64,000 nt of DNA. Source: Rhina ancylostomus. Taxonomy: Eukaryota. The notes under the pieces are model-generated. The model was not told where the DNA came from, made no database searches, and was given only the letters and a program-made list of their open reading frames with translations. The position numbers were made by a program, and so were the translations under genes. The stretch is from the NCBI GenBank assembly GCA_030265395.1, contig JARFYF010000001.1:49360530-49424529 (forward strand), given 5' to 3'. Below, in pieces: positions 14,381-26,199 of the stretch (position 1 is the first letter of the stretch; each line of letters opens with the position of its first letter).

Positions 14381-15484
14381 GATAGACAAACCATACAAGG
14401 AGAAATCATTCCCTCTGGTGTCACCAGAGATTAAACATCATTTGTCATAATCGTGAGAGGAGGTGAGGGACGAACATTTCCTCACTCATAATCTGCAAAT
14501 AACTCTCGTCAAAGTTGGTGGAATATAGCTACTATAAATAATTTTGCAAAGGGTGAGGAATTTACGGGGCTCTGGACAATATGCGATGATGAAGCTTTTT
14601 TAATGAAACAGCACAGAAGCAATGAATTGAATGGATCTGCTGTGTTATAAGTGTGTATGATTCTATTGAGGTGAAGAAAATATGAAATTAATGGACTTTG
14701 AACCATGAATTCCCCATGGCCAGGTGTTCTATTTTGTAGCACCCTGTGGATACTAGGAATGAAAGTTATGTGCCGCATCAGGATAATCTTTATTAAGTGC
14801 TTGGGTGGTTCCATAGGATGGGGAGGAAGCATTAACTAAGGCGATATTTAACTCCAACTTAATTGTTTTTTGATGAAGCTTTTACCACTTTCTTCTACCA
14901 TCTGCTGACCATTTGATTCACATTAAGGGAGGAGAGCTTCTATTTGAACTCTAAAACATTAAGAGAGAGATGTGAATGTCCTGTTCAGGCATCCTTTCAG
15001 GAGGTTCAGATTTCTCTTTGTGCTTTCATTTGCACTTTCCCACCAGTTTCCCTGCAATGTTAATTACATTCTGTTTCATTACCACTTCCAGCCTGCATCT
15101 CTCAATATGCTCACGTAGATTATTCCAAAGATCTGCTGACAAGAAAATTGTGTAATACTTTAGAAGATGAAACCTCCACTTAAAATGTATAGGGTTCTCC
15201 ATCAATTTTCTTTTCTCTAAAACTGAAATTGTTCCCAATTCAATCAGCCGCTCACAAAGGATGACCCACAGATCACTGCAGGACAGTAATGGGAATTCGG
15301 CAAGAGATCCTCATAGCTTTGTCTGCATTGAAATGTATCGAAATAACTTAATTCTTCTCTAATGCAATGTTTCATTTCTACAGCTCATTTAAATGGTCTG
15401 ATTATTACATGCATATTTCCATTTCACCAGACAAATTAGTTTCTCCTGTAGTCTTTCAGCGTATCACTTTGCAGATCATGTTTC

Positions 15485-15816
15485 TAGAACATAGAACATA
15501 GAAAAACTACAGCACAATTCAGGCCCTTCGGCCCACAAGGCTGTGCCAAACATGTCCCTGCCCTAGAAATTACTACGCTTACCCATAGCCCTCCATTTTA
15601 CCCAGCTCCATGAACCTATCTCGCAGTCTCTTGAAAGACCCTAACGTACCCACCTCCACCACCATTTCCGGCAACTCATTCCACGCAGTCACCACTCTCT
15701 GAGTAAAAAACTTTCTCCAGACATCTCCTCTATATCTCCTCCCCAGCACCTTAAACCTATGTCCTCTTGTCGCCCCCATTTCAGCCCTGGGGAAAAGCCT
15801 CTGACTATCTACCCGA
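15485..15816 (-). mobile_element. Young 5'-truncated CR1 LINE 3' end
   Basis: ORF 15579..15779 TRGHRFKVLGRRYRGDVWRKFFTQRVVTAWNELP is a typical CR1 ORF2 C-terminus; (TTCTATG)n-type tail seen as tagaacatagaacatagaa. Confidence 0.9.
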
Positions 15817-16804
15817 GTATCTACCCTCTTATTGAGGCACAGGTAGGGGCAACAGAAAGTGCTGATTAGTGGAATGTAGTGGGCAAACAGAGACGGTTGT
15901 GCACCATGAAAAGTCTGATATAAAGGCGTTCTATTTATTTATTGTCCCCTCCCACCATTCTGCCAGAAACCTGTGCCTCCTTCATTTCAGTGGCCGTGAA
16001 GCTGTCTCCGGTGGTGAAGCCACAGTTAAGGTGAAAGGAATACACCCCTGAAGCACAGCATGGACATCACTATGGATATGTCGGGGCCAGAGAAACCAGA
16101 GAGAACGGAATGGAGTCCTCCAAATCCAAAAATTTGCTGACGTGAGAGATATCAGTCACTACCCAGTCCTCTGGGGTGCAGAGAGAGATGCTGGGGAAGG
16201 GAAGGACAAAGGTGGACAACGTGACAATGACAATGATGATGCAGGGTGGAGATTGGCAGCAAGGGGAAATCAAACATACTTCCCTCTTCTGCTCCCTCAG
16301 AGCTCTAAGCACCTGTGGAGGCTTGAAGGGTGAAAAGGAGACTGGAGTCAGCAGTTGATGAGCATGGGTACACAGAGAGGATTGAGAAACTTCTACACTG
16401 CACAGCTAGTAGAGATGCCCCCTCGCAGCTCCTCCAATGGCCTGGGTTCAATCCCCCACCTCCAACACTGCAGCACTCTCTCTGTATGGCAGTGGAGTTT
16501 CAGTGTTTCCGAAGTGGGTTGAATCCATAACCTTCTGATGTTCCAAAGGGAGCCTTGACCGATAAAGGAATGTCAAAGAATCTCCTGTCCTACACCTGGC
16601 CCATGAGGCTCAGAGGTCCACAATGAAGCAGCTCACAAAGGCAAAGTATTCAGATGATCCCGTGCTAAAATGTGGAGCCCCAGGTTGACCCGGAGTAAGA
16701 CAGTAGAAATGCCACGGCCCTCGGATCCAACCCTTCAGCAACTATCAGTAGTGAATGCTGGCGTGTCAAACTGTATGACTGTGCAGTGACTGATTTACCA
16801 TGCA

Positions 16805-17041
16805 GTACAATGACACAGCTGCAAGAGCTCCTTTCTCACTACCCCCAGAGACCAGGTAAGGAGTGATTCCTCACTCTGGTGCTCTCTGTGTGGAGTTTGC
16901 AGGTTCTCCCTACGACGAGGTGGGTTTCCCCCAGCTGCTCCAGTTTCGTCCTGCAGCCCAGGGATGTGTAGGTTGTAGAAGACTGTACATTGAGTGTAAA
17001 TGCATGGTAGAATCTGGAGGGAGTTGCTGGAAATGTGGGGT
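16805..17041 (+). mobile_element. Old degraded V-SINE
   Basis: Degenerate V-domain gtggagtttgcaggttctccc...gtgggtttccccc; later part matches the reverse complement of 44200-44520. Confidence 0.55.
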
Positions 17042-17740
17042 TAGAATCAGAATCAGATTTATTATCACTGACTTATATAACGTGAGATTTGTAGTGGTTA
17101 GGGTCAGGGGCGCACCGGGTACGTGTTGGAGGAAGTAGTTGCATCATTGGCACTGTACAGCAGTGGGGCAGGCACGGTGGTGTAGCGGTTAGCGCGACGC
17201 TATCGCAGCACCAGCGACCCGGGTTCAATTCCCGCTGCTGTCTGTAAGGAGCTTGTACGTTCTCCCCGTGCCTGCGTGGGTTTCCTCCGGGTGCTCCGGT
17301 TTCCTCCCGCATTCCAAAGACGTGCGGGTTAGGAAGTTGTGGGCGTGCTGTGTTGGCGCCAGAAGTGTGCCGACACTTGCGGGCTGCCCCCAGAACACTC
17401 TACGCAAAAGATGCAATTCACTGTGTGTTTCGATGTACGTGTGGCTAATGAGGAGATCTTATCTTGTTGTTTGCGGCAGCAGTACAGTGCAAAGACATAA
17501 ATTACAAATATAAATAGAGTGCAAAAAATAAAGGAATAACAAGGTAGTGTTCATGGGTTCATGGACCATTCAGAAATCTGTTGGCAGAGGGGAAGAAGCT
17601 GTTCCTGAATCATTGAGTGTGGGTCTTCAGGCTCCTGTACCTCCCTCCCCAATGGTAGTAACAAGAGGGGGTGTCCCAGATGGTGAGGGTCCTCAGTGAT
17701 GGATGCCACCTTCTTGAGGCACCGCCTCTTGAAGGTGTGC
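17042..17740 (-). mobile_element. Rex1/Babar-like LINE 3' end, interrupted by a SINE
   Basis: agaatcagaatcag tail with reverse AATAAA; body is reverse-collinear with the + copies at 45740 and 47140 (ttcttgaggc, gatggtag, gtgggtcttcaggc). Confidence 0.7.
17167..17464 (+). mobile_element. Young V-SINE, second subfamily (different tail)
   Basis: A/B boxes (ggttcaattcc), intact V-domain, tail ending atcttatct. Confidence 0.88.
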
Positions 17741-18664
17741 TCGAATAGCAATCCAATTAAGGTTCTGCCGAGGAAACTTTTGCTGGGTGTATTCTATGGG
17801 TCACCAATGAGTGGGAGAGGTATTGAGGAGCTGGTGACAATGGGGGATTTTAATTATTCCATTGCAAACTGGCATTGTCATGGTTCTGAGTTCTGGTCCT
17901 CAATTTGCCTCCATTAGTGCCTTGTTGTCCAGNNNNNNNNNNNNNNNNNNNNNNNNNNNNNNNNNNNNNNNNNNNNNNNNNNNNNNNNNNNNNNNNNNNN
18001 NNNNNNNNNNNNNNNNNNNNNNNNNNNNNNNNTGTCTGGCAAACTAAGTTCAGATGTTTTGAGGAACAGAACTTTTAAAATTTTAGATTTGCACATTAGC
18101 CAAAAACTAATTTTATGGGTTTTTTTTGCTTATAAAATAATCCTTGCATACCAAAGAGCTATAACCACTTAACTTTATGACTCAGCTGAGACAGCAGTGT
18201 GCATTTAAAGGTTTTGCTCCTGTTGATAATTATTAGGCACCAGTCAGTGCCTTTGGATACAAGTCAGAGATGGTGTGAAAGAAATCTGGTCACAATGCTA
18301 TTTCATGAATGTTATTTACCAGAAGTATAAACATGGTCTTGATTATGTCTACAGCGACTGTATGCAGTTACATTCATGATTGGTAATTTAAATGCAGCGG
18401 GGAAACAGACACTTTTTTTTAAAAAAAGAAAAGCCATCAGCATGTGCCAGAGAACACTGGCAACCCTCAGCATTTTTGGAATAGTGTTTTACAGACAAAT
18501 CTTTTCCAGTCGGTTGAACAGTTTATTTATGAAAAGGCATGTGTCTCATCCAAAAGACATGTTTCTTATATTCTTGCATTATATTTTAAGACGACAATAC
18601 ATTTGGGGCCACCAAAAGCTTTTTTTCAAAAAGTGATGCAAAAGCTTAAAGATGTACCTCAAAA

Positions 18665-20630
18665 GGTTAGAGTGTGGAAGGAGGCCATTCAACCCATCAA
18701 GTCTCTCAGAGCAATCCAACTGATACCCATTCTTTCACCAGCTCCTAACAGACCTACAAATGTTTTCCTTTAAGATACTTATCCAGCTCCCTTCTGAATA
18801 CTATAATTGAATCCGCCCCCAATTCTAACCCTAGCAGTGCATTCCATACCTTAACCACTCACTTAAACACAATTTTTCTCACGTCATTTTGGTTTTTTTT
18901 AGTAATCACCTTCATTATATGCTCTCTGGTCCCTGACATTTCAACCAATGGGAAGTGTTTTTTTTAAATCTCCACTATCTTTACTCATCATGATTTAGCA
19001 TGCCTCTATCCGTCTGTTCATACCTCCTCTATTGCCTAGAGTCATTTTAATGTCTCTCTTCTGCACTCTCTCTAAAACCTCCGCATCTTTCCCAAGTCCA
19101 AATCATTAATATATATTAAGAAAATTAGTGGTCATAGTACCAACTCCTGGAAGTTCCATTGCGTTTCCCTCTAGTCTGAAAAACTACCACTCTGCTTCCC
19201 GTTAATCAGCTAGTCTTCTATCCATATTGCTACAGCCTTGTATTCCTGGAGTCTTTCATGCAAAATTGTTGGAAGCCCATATATACCACAGCAATTACAT
19301 CCCTGGGCAACCCATTGAATTCAAAAAACTATCAATTTAGTTAAACAGGATTTGCCTTTAAATCCATGCTTGCATTCTCTAATCTATTTGCATCCATTCA
19401 AGTGAATAGTATTGTCTCCAAATGTTAGAACTATGCCCACCAAGGTTATATCAATTGGTGCATAGTTATTGGGTTTATCTCTACATGCTTTTTTTTTTGA
19501 ATGGAGTTAACATTTTCTATTCTACAGCCCTCCCGAATCCATAGGTGTTTGGAAGATATGGCCAAGGCCTCTACGATTCTCATTCCTCCCACACTTCAGT
19601 CTACAACCTAGGATGCATCCCTTCAGAACCAGTTATTTATCAGAAAGGCAAGCTGCATTTTGATACCTCCTCAATTTTAGTATCCAGAATCTGAATTGCA
19701 TCCTTTGCTGCGACTCCAACAGCACCTTCTTCCTTGGTGGGTGACTGACATGAAATACTTATTTACTGCCTCAGCCAGATTTCCTTTTTTTAGTTTCTGA
19801 TAGGCCCCTCCTCCTCTCTTACAATGTTTTTGCTGTTTACATGTGTCCAGAATATTTTTGGGCTCCCTTTTGTGTCCCCTACCAGCCTCTTCTCAGGCTC
19901 TCTCTTCATTTTCATTTCTCCATTGATCTTTTAGTAATCAGCCTGATTTTCATTTGTGTTAACCACCTGGCAGCTGTCAGATTTTTTTTTATATACAAGT
20001 GATGTGGGCTTCGCAGGCTGAGCCAGCACTTAATTGCCCATTCCTAGTTGCCCGGTGTTACACTATCCTTTTGGTCATCCAGGTTCTGGCTTTAATTTTT
20101 CTAATTTTCTCCAACATGGAACAGTTTCAGCCACAATCTAGGTACATCTTTATCTTAATGGCCTCCCTTAGTTCAAATACAGTTTTGCCTTCCAAGCTTC
20201 ATGTCCAATTTACCTGGTCCAGCTAAGTTCTCATCCACTGAAAATGGCCCTTCTCCAACTGACTATTTTTACCTTGGACTGTTTTATATCTTTTTTTAAA
20301 TAGCCGTTCTAAATCTTACTATATTATGAGCACTGTTTCCTGGATGTTTCTCCCACCAATACTTGCTCCACATGGCCTGGCTCTTTTCCCAGAACCAAGT
20401 CCCCTAATGCCACATTCCTCATTGGGCCAGGAACATATTGGTATCATCTTCCTAAATATACTTCAGAAGCTCCTTCTCCTCTCCACCACTGCTTGTGTTG
20501 TTATCCCAGCATATAGATCGTTGAAGTTCTGCTATTATCACTGCTTTATGGCTTCTGCACCTCTCCAATTTCTCTGAAACTTTGCTCTTCAATATCATTC
20601 CCACTTGTTGGAGACAGCAAGCACAGCCCT
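18665..20630 (-). mobile_element. Long degraded CR1 LINE (about 2 kb)
   Basis: Begins with CR1 tail gaaggaggccattcaacccatcaag; scattered reverse RT and endonuclease remnants (agttaaacaggatttgccttt, ggatgcatccc, atattatgagcactg). Confidence 0.55.
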
Positions 20631-21934
20631 ACTGCCTCCAACCCTAAACTAATAAAAATGAAGCGAAGGCGAACAAGTGGATTAATAACAACATGGCACA
20701 GCATGCTCAGTATGGCATACCATAGTTGGCATATATGGCAACGGAAAATATTGGATGTTCTGATAATGAAATGAAAATCATTTACGTGTATAGTTAACTA
20801 TTCTCAACAGTTCAATTGTCACAGTGGATGTATGCCATCTCAAGAGAAGAGCAAAGTTATGCAGAGATACTAACTCAAATTTACATCTCACAGTGGGTAA
20901 CTGAATACTGAATATAAATTTAGAGTGAGTGATCTGGATTAATCTGAATCTACATTGAGTAAGATTATAATTGAGTTATAATATAAACTCAATTAACAGA
21001 GCTAAAACCATTAAAAAAAATTTTTTATACAAAAAGGCTATGACTGATTGAATTACATTACCTGGAATACTCTTCAATTTCATTACATGTCTGGCCTGAA
21101 ACTAAATTTATACTGCTTTGTAGGATTAGATGTTTCAGCAAATGGATTCAGTTTTAAAGCCTCACACATTGTGCCAAGCTTTTCTGAAGAACATATAGGA
21201 GACTGAACAACTTTAAAATCTGTGACTATTAAATGAAATTAAATCTATGTTTGAATGCCTTCAGCATCGATGTGATCAGAAATTGAGGTTTAATGCTCTA
21301 TGTTCAGTAGGAATTTCACAAGAACACATCTGCCTAATTTACAATATTTTTCTGAACAGCGATACAATTTCATTACTGTCTTTCCGTGGAAAAGGACTCA
21401 CTTATGACTGCTATCCAAAAACTACTGAAGGAAATTCACTTGGTACCCACTTTAGGCTAATATTGGAAGACTGGCCAAATGAACAGCTTTGTTTTAGGCT
21501 TGCCCTATAATTGTGCAAAGTTAAAGATCCCCAAACATTATTGCAGATAACCCAAAAGAACCATAGACTTTAGAAAAATAGTACCCACGGAGCTAGACAC
21601 AGAAAAGGATGCATGCCTTCATTTGACGAAGGGAAAAACGGACAAAAAGGAGACAAAGAGTTAAATCTCTTCAATTGAAAAACATTTGAATTCACCAATT
21701 GAAAATGCATGTGGTCATTTCACACAAGCAGTTTCTTGGCAGTAATGATGGGTCTCTGATTTCTGCTACTAATAGCTAGAAACAGACAGAACATTGAGGC
21801 AAGTAAGGTCATGGAAAAGTGGAGGCACATGGTGGGTTAACAGAACTGTCTCGACAGGCAAATGTCTGAATGTGATTAGTTGACCATCAGAAAATTAAGG
21901 ATATTCAGTAGAAAATATTTTCTAACTTCTTTAC

Positions 21935-22065
21935 CAGAGATGTCAGAGTATTCTTCTGCATTAAACGTCAGTTCACTCTCAGTGGGCAGATTTACAAATG
22001 CCTTCATGGCTGGAAAGTACGCAATGTGTCCATTGCTCACTTGTCGCAGAAGGGTTTCCAGATAC
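21935..22065 (-). CDS. NCKAP1: NCKAP1 exon 22 (131 nt): [43 protein letters not shown](E)
   Basis: Manual translation; acceptor CAG, donor GTAAAG. Confidence 0.95.
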
Positions 22066-22159
22066 CTGTGTAAACGTACAGTTAAATAAGATTGTCCTTA
22101 AACATTAATAGCATAAGGTATTTTTCATAATTTGAAACTTACATCATTTCAATACTTAC

Positions 22160-22378
22160 CAATTGGTGTATAAACTGGTTATGGTAGGTTCACCATGACT
22201 ATCTAAATGCTGTGTCTGTTGGAGAAGGACATTGTTAAAAACTCTGGTAATATCAATCTGCACATAATTTTCTATGGATTGAAGTACAGTCATGTAAGCT
22301 TTCACACTTGTCAGAAGCTCAGAAGGTTTGGCAATCTCCTGTGTAGCTTGATTGTACATCGTCATCCCCACAATTGAC
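22160..22378 (-). CDS. NCKAP1: NCKAP1 exon 21 (219 nt): [22 protein letters not shown]...[16 protein letters not shown](W)
   Basis: ORF 22156..22557; acceptor CAG, donor GTAAGT. Confidence 0.95.
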
Positions 22379-23708
22379 CTGAAATTGAAATCCAAAATGC
22401 ACGTTTTAAAGTTAAACAATAATACTTGCATACAACAATGACATATGACATAACATATGCATGACTCAATTTTCTGCAAAATTATGCTTGCAAGGCTAAA
22501 TGAAGCGACTCGTGGGCAAGTGAGCACTATTGAATGAACAAATATGGATATCAACAACCATTGTATTTGACTTCATAACCCTAATTTCAACAATTTTAGA
22601 AGTCGTGCAATTATTTTCTTTACATTCTTAAATTCTCACTTTATGACCCAAATGATCAGGAGCGACGTCCATCAGACCACACAGTTTTGATTTTTTAGAC
22701 TGATTACAAGTAAATATACAAGTACAATAAATGTACTTTGAGAAATGATTCAGATAGAACTGTTTCTAATCTTAAGTAGGGATAATATACCCATACAAGT
22801 CAAGAATGATCCAGGAAAAAGTGAAACAAGAAAATAACTTTAACAAGCCAAATGTTTTACCTATTTGACAGTTCATAAATATGAAGTTATTTCAGTTGAC
22901 AATAGCATCTTTGATTGAGCCAAAGTGTTAAATTTCAGTTTAAATTTTCTGTTTTGCCTGTTACATACAAACCTAAAATAGTTGGATACTGAAGTACCTG
23001 GATATTTTGTTGAACCCTATCTTTACACAAGGGGTTGGGGTGGGGAAGAAACCTTTTCGTGAAACCATGCCAATTTTCTTCCCTCTTACAGCAATAATTC
23101 TTTAATTTAACACAGTTCCATGACACCAGGCACCACACACAAATGATTATTTATGCAGAGGTCTAGACGTTACCAGTCCCGTCAGTAGATTATTTTACCA
23201 GAGGGAACAATGCAGTCGACCCCATACCTGCTGCCTTGAAACTTCAGCAGTTTCCCAGATAATCAGAAAATCGGTCAATGTTGCTCATCTTAATTAAGGA
23301 GGCTGAAACACCCTTACACAACAGGAAATGAATCCACAAACTTTCAAAGAAATGTAAAACTCTGATTCATAAATCAGCAGTATAGTGGGAATGGCCCTCT
23401 TTATAGGAAACCCTTCCTGCTTTCTTATTCCAGAACATCTACATCCCAAATGACTTTAATTAACTGCAATGACTAGTTGTCTGGTTCTTGCATCTTTATC
23501 GTGGGGAAATAACCAAAGCTTTGAATGCAGTCTCAATGGCCAAAATGAAGGAGATGAAACTGGGTACTATCTCTCCACTGCATACAAATTAGTTCTTCGC
23601 AATTTTGGCCTTGGCTTGAAAAGTGGATATTTTTGCAATTACAGTCATCTTTAAATATCCCATGCTTCTGTGCACAATATTTCTTTCACCATTGTAAAAC
23701 ATTCTTAC

Positions 23709-23840
23709 TTAGTGAAGCGGATTTCCAAATGTGAAGTAAGGTACTCTCGAGGTGTAAAGGTGTGCTCCCAGACTACTAAATTAGGAACGTAATTGATAGA
23801 GAAACAAAGCTCAGAGAGAGCAGTGTGCAGCTTGTCCAAA
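23709..23840 (-). CDS. NCKAP1: NCKAP1 exon 20 (132 nt): [43 protein letters not shown](K)
   Basis: ORF 23705..23923; acceptor CAG, donor GTAAGA. Confidence 0.95.
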
Positions 23841-24463
23841 CTGAAAAACAAAATGAGAATGACAATTACCACAATAACAGAATTTACACATCTGCAAATT
23901 CCAGAAATCTCAAAATACCTCAAAATTATTTTGAAAGCATTATAAAAAAATGAACGCANNNNNNNNNNNNNNNNNNNNNNNNNNNNNNNNNNNNNNNNNN
24001 NNNNNNNNNNNNNNNNNNNNNNNNNNNNNNNNNNNNNNNNNNNNNNNNNNNNNNNNNNNNNNNNNNNNNNNNNNNNNNNNNNNNNNNNNNNNNNNNNNNN
24101 NNNNNNNNNNNNNNNNNNNNNNNNNNNNNNNNNNNNNNNNNNNNNNNNNNNNNNNNNNNNNNNNTCATCGTGCGTCGATCAGTCCAATATACTTATAACA
24201 TGAGAAAATATTCACAATAGAAATAGGTAATTTAAATACTGCTTTATGGTAGCTGAGTTTCTTAAATGAAGGCAGCTGCTCATGATTTTCGTTAAAATGT
24301 AAGATAACATGAAATTTCAGTAAGGAATTAATACGAACTGTAAGGCAGTTTAATACAAGAAATCAATCTTGAGAGTGTTATCCTTTCACAAGTTTATTTT
24401 AGAAGTTTGATCTCGGAAAAGAAAAGTCTTGACCAAAAGAAAAATGAGTTGAGGACTGCTCAC

Positions 24464-24603
24464 TTGGTAACCAGTAGCCTGTTCTTTCTCATGCTCTCCA
24501 CTCCAGGTTTCTCCCTCTCAGGTTCCCCTTTCTTTCCAGTTTGCTTTTTGGACTTTTTATTCACTGCTTGACTGATAGTCTTGGCACAATGTTTTGGCAA
24601 TAA
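24464..24603 (-). CDS. NCKAP1: NCKAP1 exon 19 (140 nt): [46 protein letters not shown](N)
   Basis: Manual translation; acceptor TAG, donor GTGAGC. Confidence 0.95.
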
Positions 24604-25768
24604 CTATAGAACAAAAAGTGTAATCTTTAAAACAGCTTGAGATAAATATGTCACAACTAGCACTATTGACATATTAATAGAAGTGGAATCCACCAAATAC
24701 ATATGATTTAAAAAAGTCAGTGAATTCTGATTTAATAGATGTGAATTTTTCATTTTGTACAGCATTGAGAAGTTTGGTCTCTGTTGGATGAAAAGCTACG
24801 TACTTTCAAGTAGCAAAATATTAGGTCGTTTTCAAAACATTCATTCCTGACAAAACTACCTACACATTTTCCAAATGAATTCTAAATATTAAGTGACTGC
24901 TTTCAGATTTTATGAAAACAAAGTTTTAGACGAATTGAGTAGCTCTTTATGCATCATTTAAAAATCATACAGCTTAATATTAACTGTGCAATATGTACAT
25001 TTTGTGCGCAACTTTTCTTCCATATCAGCAAGTAAAATATGCAGCACAAATGAGATTCATAGTCCTTCACGGTTTCTCTTTTGATTTTCCCCCTGATGAA
25101 CCTTTACCACACAATTTCTACACATCAACCAACTATTTTTCAGCCAGGAGGTAAGGAATAGACATGCTCAGTAAGAGAACCCTACAAAGTAAATTTGTGC
25201 TTCATCTGCAAGAAACAAAACCAGTCCTTGCCAAATGAAATTTAAAAATATTGACAACAAACTGGTCTACAGAGTTTTGTTGTTCATAGCTCTTTGTATT
25301 TTCATACTTTAAATTTGATTGTTGCTGGTGGGATGCACTATCACCTCCCCAAGGGTGAGAAAGTCAACATCATATAGATAAACAGAGAACAACAAAGTCA
25401 GTAATCAGCAGTAATTGGTATTTCTGTATCAGGGTCTTCTATACAAGAGGCTAATCTTTCCATATGTCTACTTGCCAGCTGTACATTGGACCACACTCTG
25501 GTTTCTGACCTCCCCTGCATGCTTTAAGCAGTCTCTCTCAAATGGCTTTCAGCAATAACTGCATTAGCCTTGATGCAGCTTCTGTGGTATCAAAGTTCTG
25601 ACCTATCTACACATTGTAGTCAATTCAAGGGTTACTCTGTTGAAGCTGTGCTCTTGGTGTTCCAGCCAATGAATCCTGCAAAGATCCAGTATGGTCTGGT
25701 TACAGCTCCAGAAACACTGAAATCATCTGAGGACACGATGGCCCTTGCCCGATGAGAGATATCCCCTA

Positions 25769-26199
25769 CACAAGCAACCTCTGTCTTACTGGGGAGGGTC
25801 GCGTTCCTAGAAAGTGTTCCATATCACATTTTCTGTAACATGAAGCCACGTCATCAGTGCATGCATCAAGAGACGCATGTTGAGAAAAAAAAATCAGCTG
25901 CCAGCTCTTGCTCCACCCTTTCCCTCTACCTTTTTTATACTAGCTAGCTCCCCTCTTTCTTTCCAGTCCAGATGAAGGGTCTCGACCTGAAACTTTGACT
26001 ATTTCCCTCCAATAAATGCTGCCTGACCCACCAAGTTCCTCCAGCGCCTTTGTGTGTTGCTTGAAAAAGAATTACTATGTCTTACTCACATAAATTCTTA
26101 GAGCGCAAATTTTAATCTGTATCTTAAAAATTCTGGGTAGTCATTTATGGATTCTGTAAGGCAAACCTCCATTACTCGAATGGCTGTGGGGTTCACCTG
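25769..26199. mobile_element. Possible degraded Tigger/pogo-like MITE, interrupted by a Penelope tail
   Basis: TA on both flanks; right end reads CAGGTGAACCCC in reverse, left end caagcaacctc (weak match). Confidence 0.3.
25895..26062 (+). mobile_element. Penelope-associated terminal repeat fragment
   Basis: gatgaagggtctcgacctgaaac...atgctgcctgaccc...ttcctccagc; same motif at 42900-42985 and inverted at 55995-56080. Confidence 0.6.
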
